DNA of 64,000 bases from positions 9,230 through 73,229 of IMG/VR virus record IMGVR_UViG_3300025674_000028. One strand, written 5' to 3'. This document shows, in pieces, positions 11,201-20,700 of the stretch (position 1 is its first letter; every line of letters starts with the position of its first letter). This DNA is from a virus. The position numbers were made by a program, and so were the translations under genes. Under the pieces are notes generated by a model. It was not told the DNA's origin, did not search any database, and was given only the letters and a program-made list of their open reading frames with translations.

Positions 11201-12348
11201 GCCTCAGGCTCAATATGTAACCGCCACACCTGCGCCAGATCCATGATGTCTGCCACACGGGTCAGAAAATCGACGGTACGGTCAAACATCTCCAGATATT
11301 TTCGGATCTTCTCAGCTAAGCGCTCGGCGATGGTCAACAGAGAGAAGTTTTCTGGATACGGCAACCCTGCAAACTCAACGAGGTTCTTCATGTCCAGCAG
11401 AAAATTGCCCAGGAAAGGTAAAACTTCTGCTGATGACAACCGCTCAAAGTCCGGACTTGATGAATAGCGCGGCATGATAAAGGGCCGCAGCGGAGAATTG
11501 ACACCATTCCACTGTAAGCTGTCTTGAAGGTTCCAGTGCTCAATGGTGTCGAGGCCGAGATTCTTGTCCAAGTCTTCTACAATGTCTGAGAAGTCCAAAT
11601 GCTCAGTGGTCACCTCTTCAAAGACTGTCTTAAGACGCAGGAACGAATCGTACACTTCTAGAGGATCTTCACCTTGGATGGCGAAGAGAAAACCTCCGAT
11701 TTTGTCCTGGTCAAAGACGACAGGCTTATTTGGATCACCTGGATCGTAGAATGCTGCCAGTATTGGCGCGAGCCAATCGTTGAATGCGTTGAACTCTGTA
11801 TCTTGAAATGCGTCTAGTGCGCTGCGCACAGCTTCTCTTCGCCGCGCATCCAGTTGACCTTGGATGATTTCAGGATAGCGGCGATACGACTGAAAAGCAC
11901 CCTGCTGCGGGTCTGCTTCAGGTCCAAACTGCACAAAGCTCGAGAGCTCCCCTTCGCGAGCGGCCAAGCCTTGCAGGTCGGCTTCTCGGATGTAGTTCTC
12001 CATCCCTTCTATAAACTGAGCCGTCCCGGTCCTCTCAAACAACTCTCGCGTATTGCCATGCTGAATGAAGTAGACGCCATCAGTAAGGTACTGCTTCAGA
12101 AACTCCATTAGGAGTTCAGACAACACGAGGCCCAAAGCTCGCGGCGTACTCAAGATCTGGAAGATTTCAGTCAGGCGTATCTCGATCTCAGCGACCGTTG
12201 ACAATCCCTGGGCGATGGGATCGAGCACCTGTAAGAAATCTCTCGCCTGCCGTAAGATGTCTAACAGGTCTCGCAAAGATTCCGGACTGCCTATCCGGGC
12301 AGACCGTATCCAAGTCAATTCGTCTGGCGCGCAGCTATGCTCAGTCAT
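8272..12348 (-). CDS. Large putative tail/baseplate-associated protein, possible C-terminal LamG-like beta-sandwich
   Basis: 1358 aa: helical N-terminal half, beta-rich C-terminal half ending in GYIGLIYKALSVDE (resembles the LamG IYxRALS motif); two genes downstream of the spike gene. Confidence 0.5.
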   Translation of the reverse strand: MTEHSCAPDELTWIRSARIGSPESLRDLLDILRQARDFLQVLDPIAQGLSTVAEIEIRLTEIFQILSTPRALGLVLSELLMEFLKQYLTDGVYFIQHGNTRELFERTGTAQFIEGMENYIREADLQGLAAREGELSSFVQFGPEADPQQGAFQSYRRYPEIIQGQLDARRREAVRSALDAFQDTEFNAFNDWLAPILAAFYDPGDPNKPVVFDQDKIGGFLFAIQGEDPLEVYDSFLRLKTVFEEVTTEHLDFSDIVEDLDKNLGLDTIEHWNLQDSLQWNGVNSPLRPFIMPRYSSSPDFERLSSAEVLPFLGNFLLDMKNLVEFAGLPYPENFSLLTIAERLAEKIRKYLEMFDRTVDFLTRVADIMDLAQVWRLHIEPEAGGLDHLVNRIETAKRDDTVRITWGTIHAGVNDDGSPSLTEYRYGRITALPTDTTGIPSYSGQQVNDWMKRSELLQLDDEFTAAGRDGFNYSDPRVYRAGETIRKSYAEGIQAVFPSLSFGPPGNLLIYGVGIFFVEGALSRLFANLFAPTEEDWQEYLCDGPEAKVPIDAVTEGVSDFASLPPDNAIDRDGTVGETGVDTPVDNVDSDTSVNAGLDLGTPADANVIIDAIAPPERLLRRLDRYGSSRSIEPDYRAIVSVPPAQARNAWITEKYPLLGGATLPLGDDASTWTTTRMVASGVRSNIPHSDVQISRQTALYSELPTENYKIEASGSPSQPTDTFVGGTILPGGCAIDSLSLWTILDGLGFPAVLLNEKYYIDVGVPWFDGSLRYIRTSPTMIDPSPGSTVYVYPALPSAPLVTLGGIVTGAVFVDEEPCLTIQPSSPAPETSVIAQSCPGVSFDLAASWKKNATPRVSTIDAAMPCGLQAISAGHVIDVNNDEWGSYQSIDVVTGTNARELDITSGSISGDSQVRDVSQMQEFPNLDLRIEGVLSSGNTALAKDVQSLTELGQTINANGSATLYSMERDGAVYTPPTEPTPINNLWRVLSCVAPSLVRIGIGSVSTSPVTVYARPSSWRHLLVRNADGSMTQLDLSVLDGGLPDDVLGETGLLPNKSWQVVVDSATDSSYGGLDAYLVINSQFSSYVSDEVSYDRHRPYAQFNPFIRTSLGDEDIWEDGDHLILSGRPWARAGIGSAGMSVFGGCDPVDSGSIWYETLPKTSRISLRPSADLRGGGVALEYITARPTYEFKHGTYVMLLGGSHRVVLTLTSTQQQFALEEKDILTGTWYERTTISANHSESGVHVGIVVDVVPAQNRLSLMLSTKQADVWSQQALSTVTIDSGDANPTVRTLEGLKEAGGAWRIGKPSWRDSVLTQDVRLPWDGADGQLASVPACGYIGLIYKALSVDEPDQLLDLYR

Positions 12349-13055
12349 GTAAATACCAATGGTAAGCCAGGATAAGGCACGCCTGGCACAGCCGGCGTCG
12401 TTGCGGGCGGTGATGGATTTACGATTCCGCAGCCCAGCTGTATTGAATTTACCGCATCCACTACGGCACCAACCATAGCATTTGCCATCAAAAACCTGTC
12501 AGTGCTCACGCCAAGGTCTGGGTCTGCGTTCCATGCAGCGAGGACTTGCGGGACAAACTGCTGGGCAGTCAACGGCGCTCTTTGTAACTCTACAAATCCG
12601 GAGATGAGGTTAAGAAAGACGGGATCGGCAGGCGTCGCTGCGATTGAAAACGGACTGCTGTTTAAGGCCATCAGCACTCCCATGGCGACCCCTGTCGGCA
12701 ACGCAGCGGCAAAAGGCCCTGACCATGTGTTTTGAGCGGCAATGGACTGAGCATTGACCGGAACAATTGGAAGCCGTATTGCGATGTCTGCCTGCATCTG
12801 AGTAAGGCTGACAAAAGGCATTGGAGCTGGCGGTGACACGACCGCACTGGGCCCGCCTACGCTGCCAACAAAGATCCCAGCCTGGAAACCCGCGAGCACC
12901 TGCGGCCACATCACGTCCAGCATAATGTCTGCCATGCGATGTAAAGGGTTGAAGGGCACCTGCGTTGCACCGACAGCAATAGCGCCAGGGGCGCCAGCAG
13001 CGGTCAACTGCGCTTTCATCAAAGTGCCGACATATGGTGCTTGCGGTAAAGGCAT
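12345..13055 (-). CDS. Hypothetical Ala/Pro/Gly-rich baseplate-associated protein
   Basis: Probable ATG at 13055 (TGATG overlap with the spike gene stop); directly follows the spike gene. Confidence 0.6.
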   Translation of the reverse strand: MPLPQAPYVGTLMKAQLTAAGAPGAIAVGATQVPFNPLHRMADIMLDVMWPQVLAGFQAGIFVGSVGGPSAVVSPPAPMPFVSLTQMQADIAIRLPIVPVNAQSIAAQNTWSGPFAAALPTGVAMGVLMALNSSPFSIAATPADPVFLNLISGFVELQRAPLTAQQFVPQVLAAWNADPDLGVSTDRFLMANAMVGAVVDAVNSIQLGCGIVNPSPPATTPAVPGVPYPGLPLVFT

Positions 13056-14794
13056 CAGGTTGCAGCAATGGCTTCGGGCAATGAAGGCGTCGGTAATGGC
13101 GCGACAGCGGGAACGGCAACACCTGCGGTACCAATTGTCGGAGGACCTAACGACGATACAGTCAATGCCGCCGTTCCTAGAGGAGGCAAGCCAGTCACGT
13201 AGCATTTGTGACTTAAAGTCGTCACGGCATAACCAGCAGGGGTGGCAGGATTGGCAGAGCCGATGTGAATTTTACCAGTCACGTCACTGTGGACAGAGCC
13301 TCTAGAGCCGCCCAGTCCTGCCAACTGCCACGCGCCGTCCTGTTGCAAGACCAAGCGGCCGCCTACCTTCGTTCCCAACTCGACACGCCCAACAAATGCA
13401 GCCAAGCGTACCGGGTCGTTTATCATGCGCATATACCCCAGCGCTTGCCCCGCAGGTCCAATGTTTAACTCTAAGCTACCAGTCTCTACTTGCAGCAGAC
13501 TCTTACCCCTCTTAACGATCGTCCTGTGACTGACAATGTCACGACCTGCGTTTTCCAGGGCATCGCCGCCCATGACCCTCAGCGAGTATCGACCGCCGAC
13601 TGCCGTCGACAAGGACTCACCGATTGAGCGCGTCATTGCACCGTCGGTGGCCGTAAGCGCGTGACCTCCAATGATCGTGTTAAAATTCCCTTGAGTCTTC
13701 CAATCGCAACCCCCGTCAAAACTAAACGTGCCGTTGCTTGCGCGGTGAAAGTAATCTTTGGACTGGACGCGCATTTTTCCTGAAGCCAGGAACGACATTG
13801 CTCGCTTTGACTTCAATGACAGCTGTCCGGCGCTGGTGACCTCATACGCGCCTGCCGTCGTTTCATGCTTGATCGAGTTTGCATTGACCACTTCACGGCC
13901 GTACACAGCGCTGGTCCTGTCTCTCGCCTCCATAAAGACGTGGCCCTTAGACCGTATCTGAATGTCGCCGCTCGCATACATGCGCACCAAGACCCTTGCT
14001 TGTCGAGGGTCAGGGGGATTTAAGCCTGCGCTGGCCTGGTTCTGAGCAAATGCCTGCTCAAAAATCATGATGCGGACGCACGACCCAAATCCAAAGGCCT
14101 TCTGCGACACTGACGGATACCCAGCCGGCGGCAGGCTTTCATCTTCAAGGACTGCCCCTGCGTCTACAAAGATATGAGGTGCCTGTTGCGCCAAGCTTTT
14201 AAGCTGAAGGCTCATGCCTGTAGGCGTCTCATCCTGCTCATCGCGCCCATCTTCGCGCAACGTCCAGTACCGTTGAGAGCCGAAAATGCCTTCAAGTACG
14301 AAGTTTTGACAGACCGTCTTAATGGTCTTTTCATCACGGAAAAAGGCTTGAGTACACAGTGGGTCAGCCTTTATTTCCATGTTGCCGTTGCGCCGAATCA
14401 GCATTTCGCCACCAGCCGGACCCATCATCCCCAATTCACCCGGCTGGAGAATCGGACGATCACCCCTGTAATCATTTCGCGGCGTCGTTTCTGTGCCGTC
14501 CTCAGTGCCGTCAGTTGCTTTACGGTTTGGATAGGGGACGTAGTTGATGAGGATGTAATCCTCACTCATCTCAGGCTTAGCAAGCAAAGCAAGGTCGCCG
14601 ACTTCAGGCAGAGCCCCCATCCAGCCGGGGCCTCTCAGCGAGACGTAGGAACCTCCAAGGATGACCTCCTCGACAGGAATCTCACTGTTCACCAACTGGG
14701 CAGAAACCGTATAGGTGTCTGGATTGACTGCGACGACAATCGCCATCCGCAACAACACGCGAAAATCAGAGTCGATTGCGCCGCGACTGACCAT
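13055..14794 (-). CDS. Baseplate central spike (gp5/gpV/VgrG-like)
   Basis: N-terminal OB-fold-like signature (IVVAVNPDTYTV...LPEVGDLALL), beta-strand repeats, C-terminal HKCYVTG putative metal-binding apex. Confidence 0.7.
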   Translation of the reverse strand: MVSRGAIDSDFRVLLRMAIVVAVNPDTYTVSAQLVNSEIPVEEVILGGSYVSLRGPGWMGALPEVGDLALLAKPEMSEDYILINYVPYPNRKATDGTEDGTETTPRNDYRGDRPILQPGELGMMGPAGGEMLIRRNGNMEIKADPLCTQAFFRDEKTIKTVCQNFVLEGIFGSQRYWTLREDGRDEQDETPTGMSLQLKSLAQQAPHIFVDAGAVLEDESLPPAGYPSVSQKAFGFGSCVRIMIFEQAFAQNQASAGLNPPDPRQARVLVRMYASGDIQIRSKGHVFMEARDRTSAVYGREVVNANSIKHETTAGAYEVTSAGQLSLKSKRAMSFLASGKMRVQSKDYFHRASNGTFSFDGGCDWKTQGNFNTIIGGHALTATDGAMTRSIGESLSTAVGGRYSLRVMGGDALENAGRDIVSHRTIVKRGKSLLQVETGSLELNIGPAGQALGYMRMINDPVRLAAFVGRVELGTKVGGRLVLQQDGAWQLAGLGGSRGSVHSDVTGKIHIGSANPATPAGYAVTTLSHKCYVTGLPPLGTAALTVSSLGPPTIGTAGVAVPAVAPLPTPSLPEAIAAT

Positions 14795-14796
14795 GG

Positions 14797-17700
14797 CTAG
14801 TAGTCCCCTTGCTTGTTACGCGCCCCTCCTGCCTTTGATGCTCTGTTAAACTCAGCCGCATACGTCAACGCAGGGATTGGGTGCGTACTATGATAATTTG
14901 AAGTAGCGCCTGTTTGCGCTGCGTCTGTCAAGACTTGGCGGAGGTTGTTGTAGTTAAAGCGCGCTAAGAAGTCCTCCCGATACTCTCTCGGCGCGACGTC
15001 CACACCTCGCAGCAACGGCCGCACTGTCAGGTTTTTAAATGTCTTGTGAAGTTTCTTTGCTTGTGCTTCGGGAATCTTTTGACCGGGCAGCAGGTCTGCA
15101 CCGCCAGGATCTGCAACCTCGACAGTGCCAGTCATGGCACGAACCACCCCTTCAACATTTCGCCGCAGCACGCCCTTTTCCGCAAACAAGTTGCCAAGAC
15201 GATTTGTCAGGTAGCCGCGAACCTTCTCCATGTCACCCGTGGCGTCTAAGATTTCCTTTGGGTTTGCCAGGCCGTCAGTCAAAACGTCGCCCTTCCCTAT
15301 GCGTCTCCCCTTTTTGTAAAACCTCGGCGCATCGTACCCATCAGGAGCGTTGCGATTGCCGGGTAAAAAGATGGTAGGGTTGGGGGCGTTGCCGGCTGTC
15401 TGTATCTTCAAATCCCAGCCGCCTTTTTCGCGATTTCTCTTTATGGTGTCGACCTTACCTGCGACTGGAGACACCACTGCTTTTTGACCGCCCATGGTTC
15501 CTGGCATACGAAGCAACGCGCTTGCTTCTTGGAACAGGTTTTTCGCAGTGCTCGTGTCCCCTGGCTCGTAAACGCCGCCAGCGTGGAAGGTAGACAGCGT
15601 AAGCTGAGTGGATCTTTCACCGATGGCCTGCGAAGCCAAGATGCCGAAGTTGTTGCCGATAGGCAGCGTCTTGCCGTTGGGTAATGCACCGACGCACTTC
15701 TGACACACACCTTCTTCAGCTTCACAGGTGGCAGGCGAGCGTACCTTAATCTTGCCTTGCCCCTTTTGGCGCATGAAAGACAGCACATTGCCGTCTACCA
15801 GTCTGTTGCGGTTCCAGCTTTTGTTGCCACTCTTCACGGAGGACGCCAAAAAACGTCCTTCTAAGTCGTCTTCCGGACGGTTGATGTCCACGTCAACGCC
15901 AGATTTGGTTCCACAATCTTCGACGGTGACTGTCATGTCCATCGCTGTGTTAATCAGCTGCTTTGTAAGATAGCCAGGATCTTGAACCTCAATAACTTTT
16001 GACACTGTACCCATTCGAGCGCCGTGCAAAGTACCCCAGTAGCCCGTAGCGTCCAGTCCCTCGGTGTAGCTCTTCATAATCGGAGTGCCGACAACATCTC
16101 CCCGGCCATCCAGCACAGCGCCGGCGCCCATCATGACCTGTTGAAGCTGGACGGGCTTGACGCGAGCACCTGAAAAGGTCAACTCCGCGTTGACGTTGCT
16201 TCGCTGAGTTGGCTGACTTGTGATTCGACCCTTGAGGACATTCATGCCTCGTTTGTTGAGCTTACCTAGGACGTCGTCAAAAATGCCGCGGATTGCACGC
16301 TGGTGCTCGTTCTGAGTGCGACTTGTTGCCTTTGCAATCTGCAACTTCTTCAGCAACGTCTTTTCAGCCGCCTCACGTTCTTTTTTTAGAACTGGCTTGA
16401 AGTCTTCCATTAAAAGAGTCGTGCCCGTCAACGTTGCTTGCTCAGCTCCAAGCGTACGAAGCCTGTTGGCGGCTCCACCGAAGGCCTCTGGCGTCTTTAC
16501 CGCAATGTGAGTCGTCAGCTTTTTAATGTCCTTCTTTGACAGTCCGATGTCGCCATAATTCTGTGAAACGATGCCGGCTGATTGGAGAGAATCAAGCGTC
16601 ATGCCCGCAGGCAGCGCCTGGTTTACGAGCGATCGTCCAAGAGTTGTTCTCTGGCCGCCTACAGTAATCAAGTCATTGACGTCGATCTTGTCTTCAATAA
16701 ACGCTTTGCGAGCGTCACCAACCTTCGAAAAACTGCCGACAGGCTTCTTTTGCACGGGATTCCGAGTGATCCTGTTCAATCCAAGAATCGCCTCGTGACT
16801 CAACGTGTATGCCAGGTCTCCTGACGCTAGGCTAAAGAGGTTTGCTTGCGGTCTGAGCTTTTCCTTTAACTCTCTGTTAGCTGCTTTTGAGACTGGAGCG
16901 AACACCGCCATCGTGTCGCCGTCATTGTCAGCACCAAACCCTCCGTATACCAACGGGTTCAATTGTATGGTCTTCTCATCCGTCAGGCGAGTACGAAAGC
17001 CCTGGAAGCCGTACTTGTGCAACACGGGATCTCGCTTAAGAGCGACCCAATTAGTTTTGACAGTTCGTTCAAGAATGCGGTCAACTTCCTTGTCTTTCTT
17101 GCCGTCTGATGCGTATTCGCCAAGTGCTTTATTGAATCGTCTGAGCTTGTCCCTACCTACAGTTGTCTTCCATTGCGGGTGGCTTTTCTTGTATTCGGCT
17201 TCAAGCATTGGCCGATAGACTTTGACTGCCAGATTTCTCGGCAGTGCAATCTCGTCGATGTCCAAATCGCCATTTGGCCCAATGACAGTGCGGCCGCTGA
17301 GAACTTGACGTCGCTGCACCAGCGTCTTTTTCAACAGAGATTGCTTGAGATCTCCGACCTCCCTGCCGTTTGTGACGGGGCGACGCCCTGTGATTGTGCC
17401 GACGATGCCTTGATACTCAGCGCCGCTTAAAGGAGCACTACCTTCGGTCTGCATAAGCTGCAGCATGCCAGCGTACAAACCCGACTCAAGCTCTGAAATG
17501 ACCTTCTGCGGCAGTTTGCGCTTCTTTGCGTCCTTTAACTGCTCATCAATCATGGCAAGGTCACGATACAGGTAGTTCACGTCCCCAACGACAAAATCTC
17601 CGGAGTCCTTGTCGATTTTGAAGTCACGCATATTGGCAGGCAGTACAAGCACCTGCTTACGCATAAATGCTTCAGCTGGAGACAGTTTGTTGCGCTCAAG

Positions 17701-20700
17701 CATGTCTATAGTTTTGATTGTCCGGTAAGCGCTCGAACGCTTTGAGGCCTTCTTGTCATTCTTGGCGACGTCGTAGGCTTGCTTACGCACGCTTTTGAGG
17801 TCGACATTTTTGAGCATGTACTCTACGGCAGCAGCACCATATATCTCCTTGTCGCCGTCTTTGACTCCCTCAATGCCGGCCATAATGTTTTCGAACTGCT
17901 TCTTTTTCAGACCAAGTACGTCCCGGATTCCATTCTCGTACACTGGATTTGGGATGTTTTGTGAGAGCTCAAATCGAGACCAACGCTGACCTCCGCGACC
18001 TCCTGTCGCTTTGGGATCAAACAATCCACCCTTGTCTGGAGACATCGTACGTGCCGAAACAGTCCGAGTAGGACGCGCGATGACATTGTCCTGACCGTTG
18101 GTCTTGGACATAATCAGGACGTCACGGTCTGTTAAGGGCTTCATTCGAAGCTCGCTATGTTTAGCACTTCGCTCTACATCAATGCCCGCAGCTTTAAGGT
18201 AATTTTGGAACCGCACAAAAGCTCCGGGTACTCTACCTGGAGGCAAAGGCCGGCCGGCTGCCAGCGCATCCCACACTTCCGGGCGGTCTTCAGAACTGTA
18301 GAGCTGGGCAGAACGTAAAAACTCGCGTGCGTCCTGGGCAAGAAGACCGTAGGTTCCCAACTCACCGAGGCTTTGTGCGCCGTCTTTACCCTTACTGGCC
18401 AGTCCGGACTCTTGGAATGTGCCAACTCCGCGACCTTTGCTTTTGTGGTCAACTTGATGCTTAGCCTTGAGTATGTACTGATTCCCGACCCCGATGCTTT
18501 TAAGAGTCTTGCCTGATCGAGGGTCATACAAGTCCTCCCCGTCAGCGACGCCGGCCTCTTTCAGCTTTTGAGCAACAAAGTCCCAGTTCGACTCGTATTT
18601 GTAGTTCTCAACAATTTCAGGTGCGCCTGCTTTCTTTGCGATCTTACCTAAAAACGTCTCAAAGTTCTGGCTGGGGTTGATGCGTCCAGTCACCGCCGCA
18701 GGGTTATACAGAATCTCCAGGTGCTCGCCTGCACTGTTACGCGGCATTTCATCGTCAGGGACAATCTCAGCGATGGTTGCTTTGTTGGCGTGTCGGCCAT
18801 AAACCTTGTCGCCGACTTCCATAGGCTCGACAGTCTTTACGTAGACTTTAGCGCCGATGACGTTGCCATCGCGGTCACGTTCTTTTGCAACGTCTACAAC
18901 CTCGCCTCCATGACTGTGATCCCATCGTTTTTCAAAAAAACGACGCGCCCTCTTTGCGCCTCTACGGTCTTGAGTCTTGTAAAGCCCAACCTGCTTAGTC
19001 CGCTCCAACATCTCTTTGCCAGCAAGAGCGTCTGACTGATGTCCTACGAGGTAAAGGTCTCCAGGCTCTATGATCGTACCGACTTTGATGACTCCGTCGT
19101 CATCCAGCTTCGTATCGATGTCCGTTGGAAGTGGCGTACTGACTGTCTTGCGCCAAAACTTCTTACCAAGACGCATCGTATCGCTGGCGGCGCCTTCCTC
19201 ATACATATGAAGGCTTGCCATTTTGTCAGCGGCTGATTGGCTGACGGTGATTGAATCCTCAAAGGTGGATGTATGGTAAGGCAAATATGCCGTTTTCAGG
19301 TTCACGCCCATTGCCAGTACGCCGTCCTTTGTAAACGTACTGTCTGCCAACAGGTCACCCTTTTTGATTTCATCGCCGACCTTGACGGTCGGGGTAGAGT
19401 CGAGGGGGGCGCCACCGCCAAGCATCAGGTTTTTCGGCAGAGCAATTTGAACTGTCTTCCGCTTACCCTTTGGTAAAATCTCGATGTATCTCTCGCCCTT
19501 ATCCTTATCCACAATGCGCTTGACGACACCGTCGTAAGCGGAGCGTACAGCGCCTGCCTCTTCAGCAAGTAACGTCTCTGTGGAGTGAGTGACGCCGTCA
19601 AATTTGGTTTGCACTAACGGGGCTTCGCGGCGCAGCAGAGGCACAGATTGAGTCGTTTGCTTGTCGCTGTAGCCGATACGGCCGCCCTGAATGCTGTTTA
19701 CAAAGGGAATGAGCGCACTGTTGGTGTCGAAGAGGCTTGCACTGTCTTTGAGGTAGTATGCGACCTCTGACGGCTTTACACGAACAATCTCGCCATCTCT
19801 CCAACCCTTGACCATGCCTTGAGCATCGACTTTAGGCTTAAACTTGCCTCCGTCCTTGGTCCACTGATCAAATGCTCCAATGACTTTGCCGACCAGCTTA
19901 TCTGGACTGACGTCAACGCTGCGCCCTGATGGTGACAACATGTCGGCCATCAGCTTGCTGTGGCCGATATTTCGATCCGTCACGGATGAAGTATCTTTTA
20001 CGATCCTCGTGCGAATTGGCACATTTAGGATGACGCCGGCCCGACCCGACTCCGGCGTGTGGACAGGATCAAGAAATCCAACACTGCCAGGATTAAGTAA
20101 CTTGGCGTCTTTTGGAATGGCCATCTCCGCGCCAATTGCGCCCTCGCCCATGATGGTCGTCGAGGTGGCTTGTCCAAACGCGTCTAAAGGCGTCGTACTT
20201 GTATCTGTACGTTGCACCATGGACGTTGACGCTCGTCCTTTGATGTTTTTCTCAAAAGGACTGCCAATCAACTGATCAACTTTGATGGGAGTTTTGTTGT
20301 CAGTATATCGACGCAGACGTGATTCGATGCCCCTGACATACTTTCTAACAGTGGACTCACGTCCCACTGACTCCGCGAGCAAGTCAGCCGGACTGTAAAT
20401 TTTCTTCAGTGCAATCGACTCACGGTCATCCTCGGGTTCGCCGTTTGCGACTTGTTGAAGTCTGGAAAAACTGGCAAGCAACGTCTTTGCGCTTATGCGG
20501 TCTGACTTAGTGCCAAGTGTGACTGCCGTGATGGATGGGTCGACGCGGCTTGTGTTGAACTGATCTTTGAGTTGAGTAATGACTGCATCAAACTCGATGT
20601 CGTCTTTTTGCCTTTTGTACCGGGGGAAGACCTGACCGTACAGGTTTCGCATGGACTTCTCAAAACGCTCATCTGTACTCTGACTTATGATTGCCTTAGC

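Noticed and set aside
18104-18114. tGGACATAAt near-match inside the RNAP gene
   Set aside because: Mismatch at the last position, no YG at the expected spacing, antisense with no downstream gene
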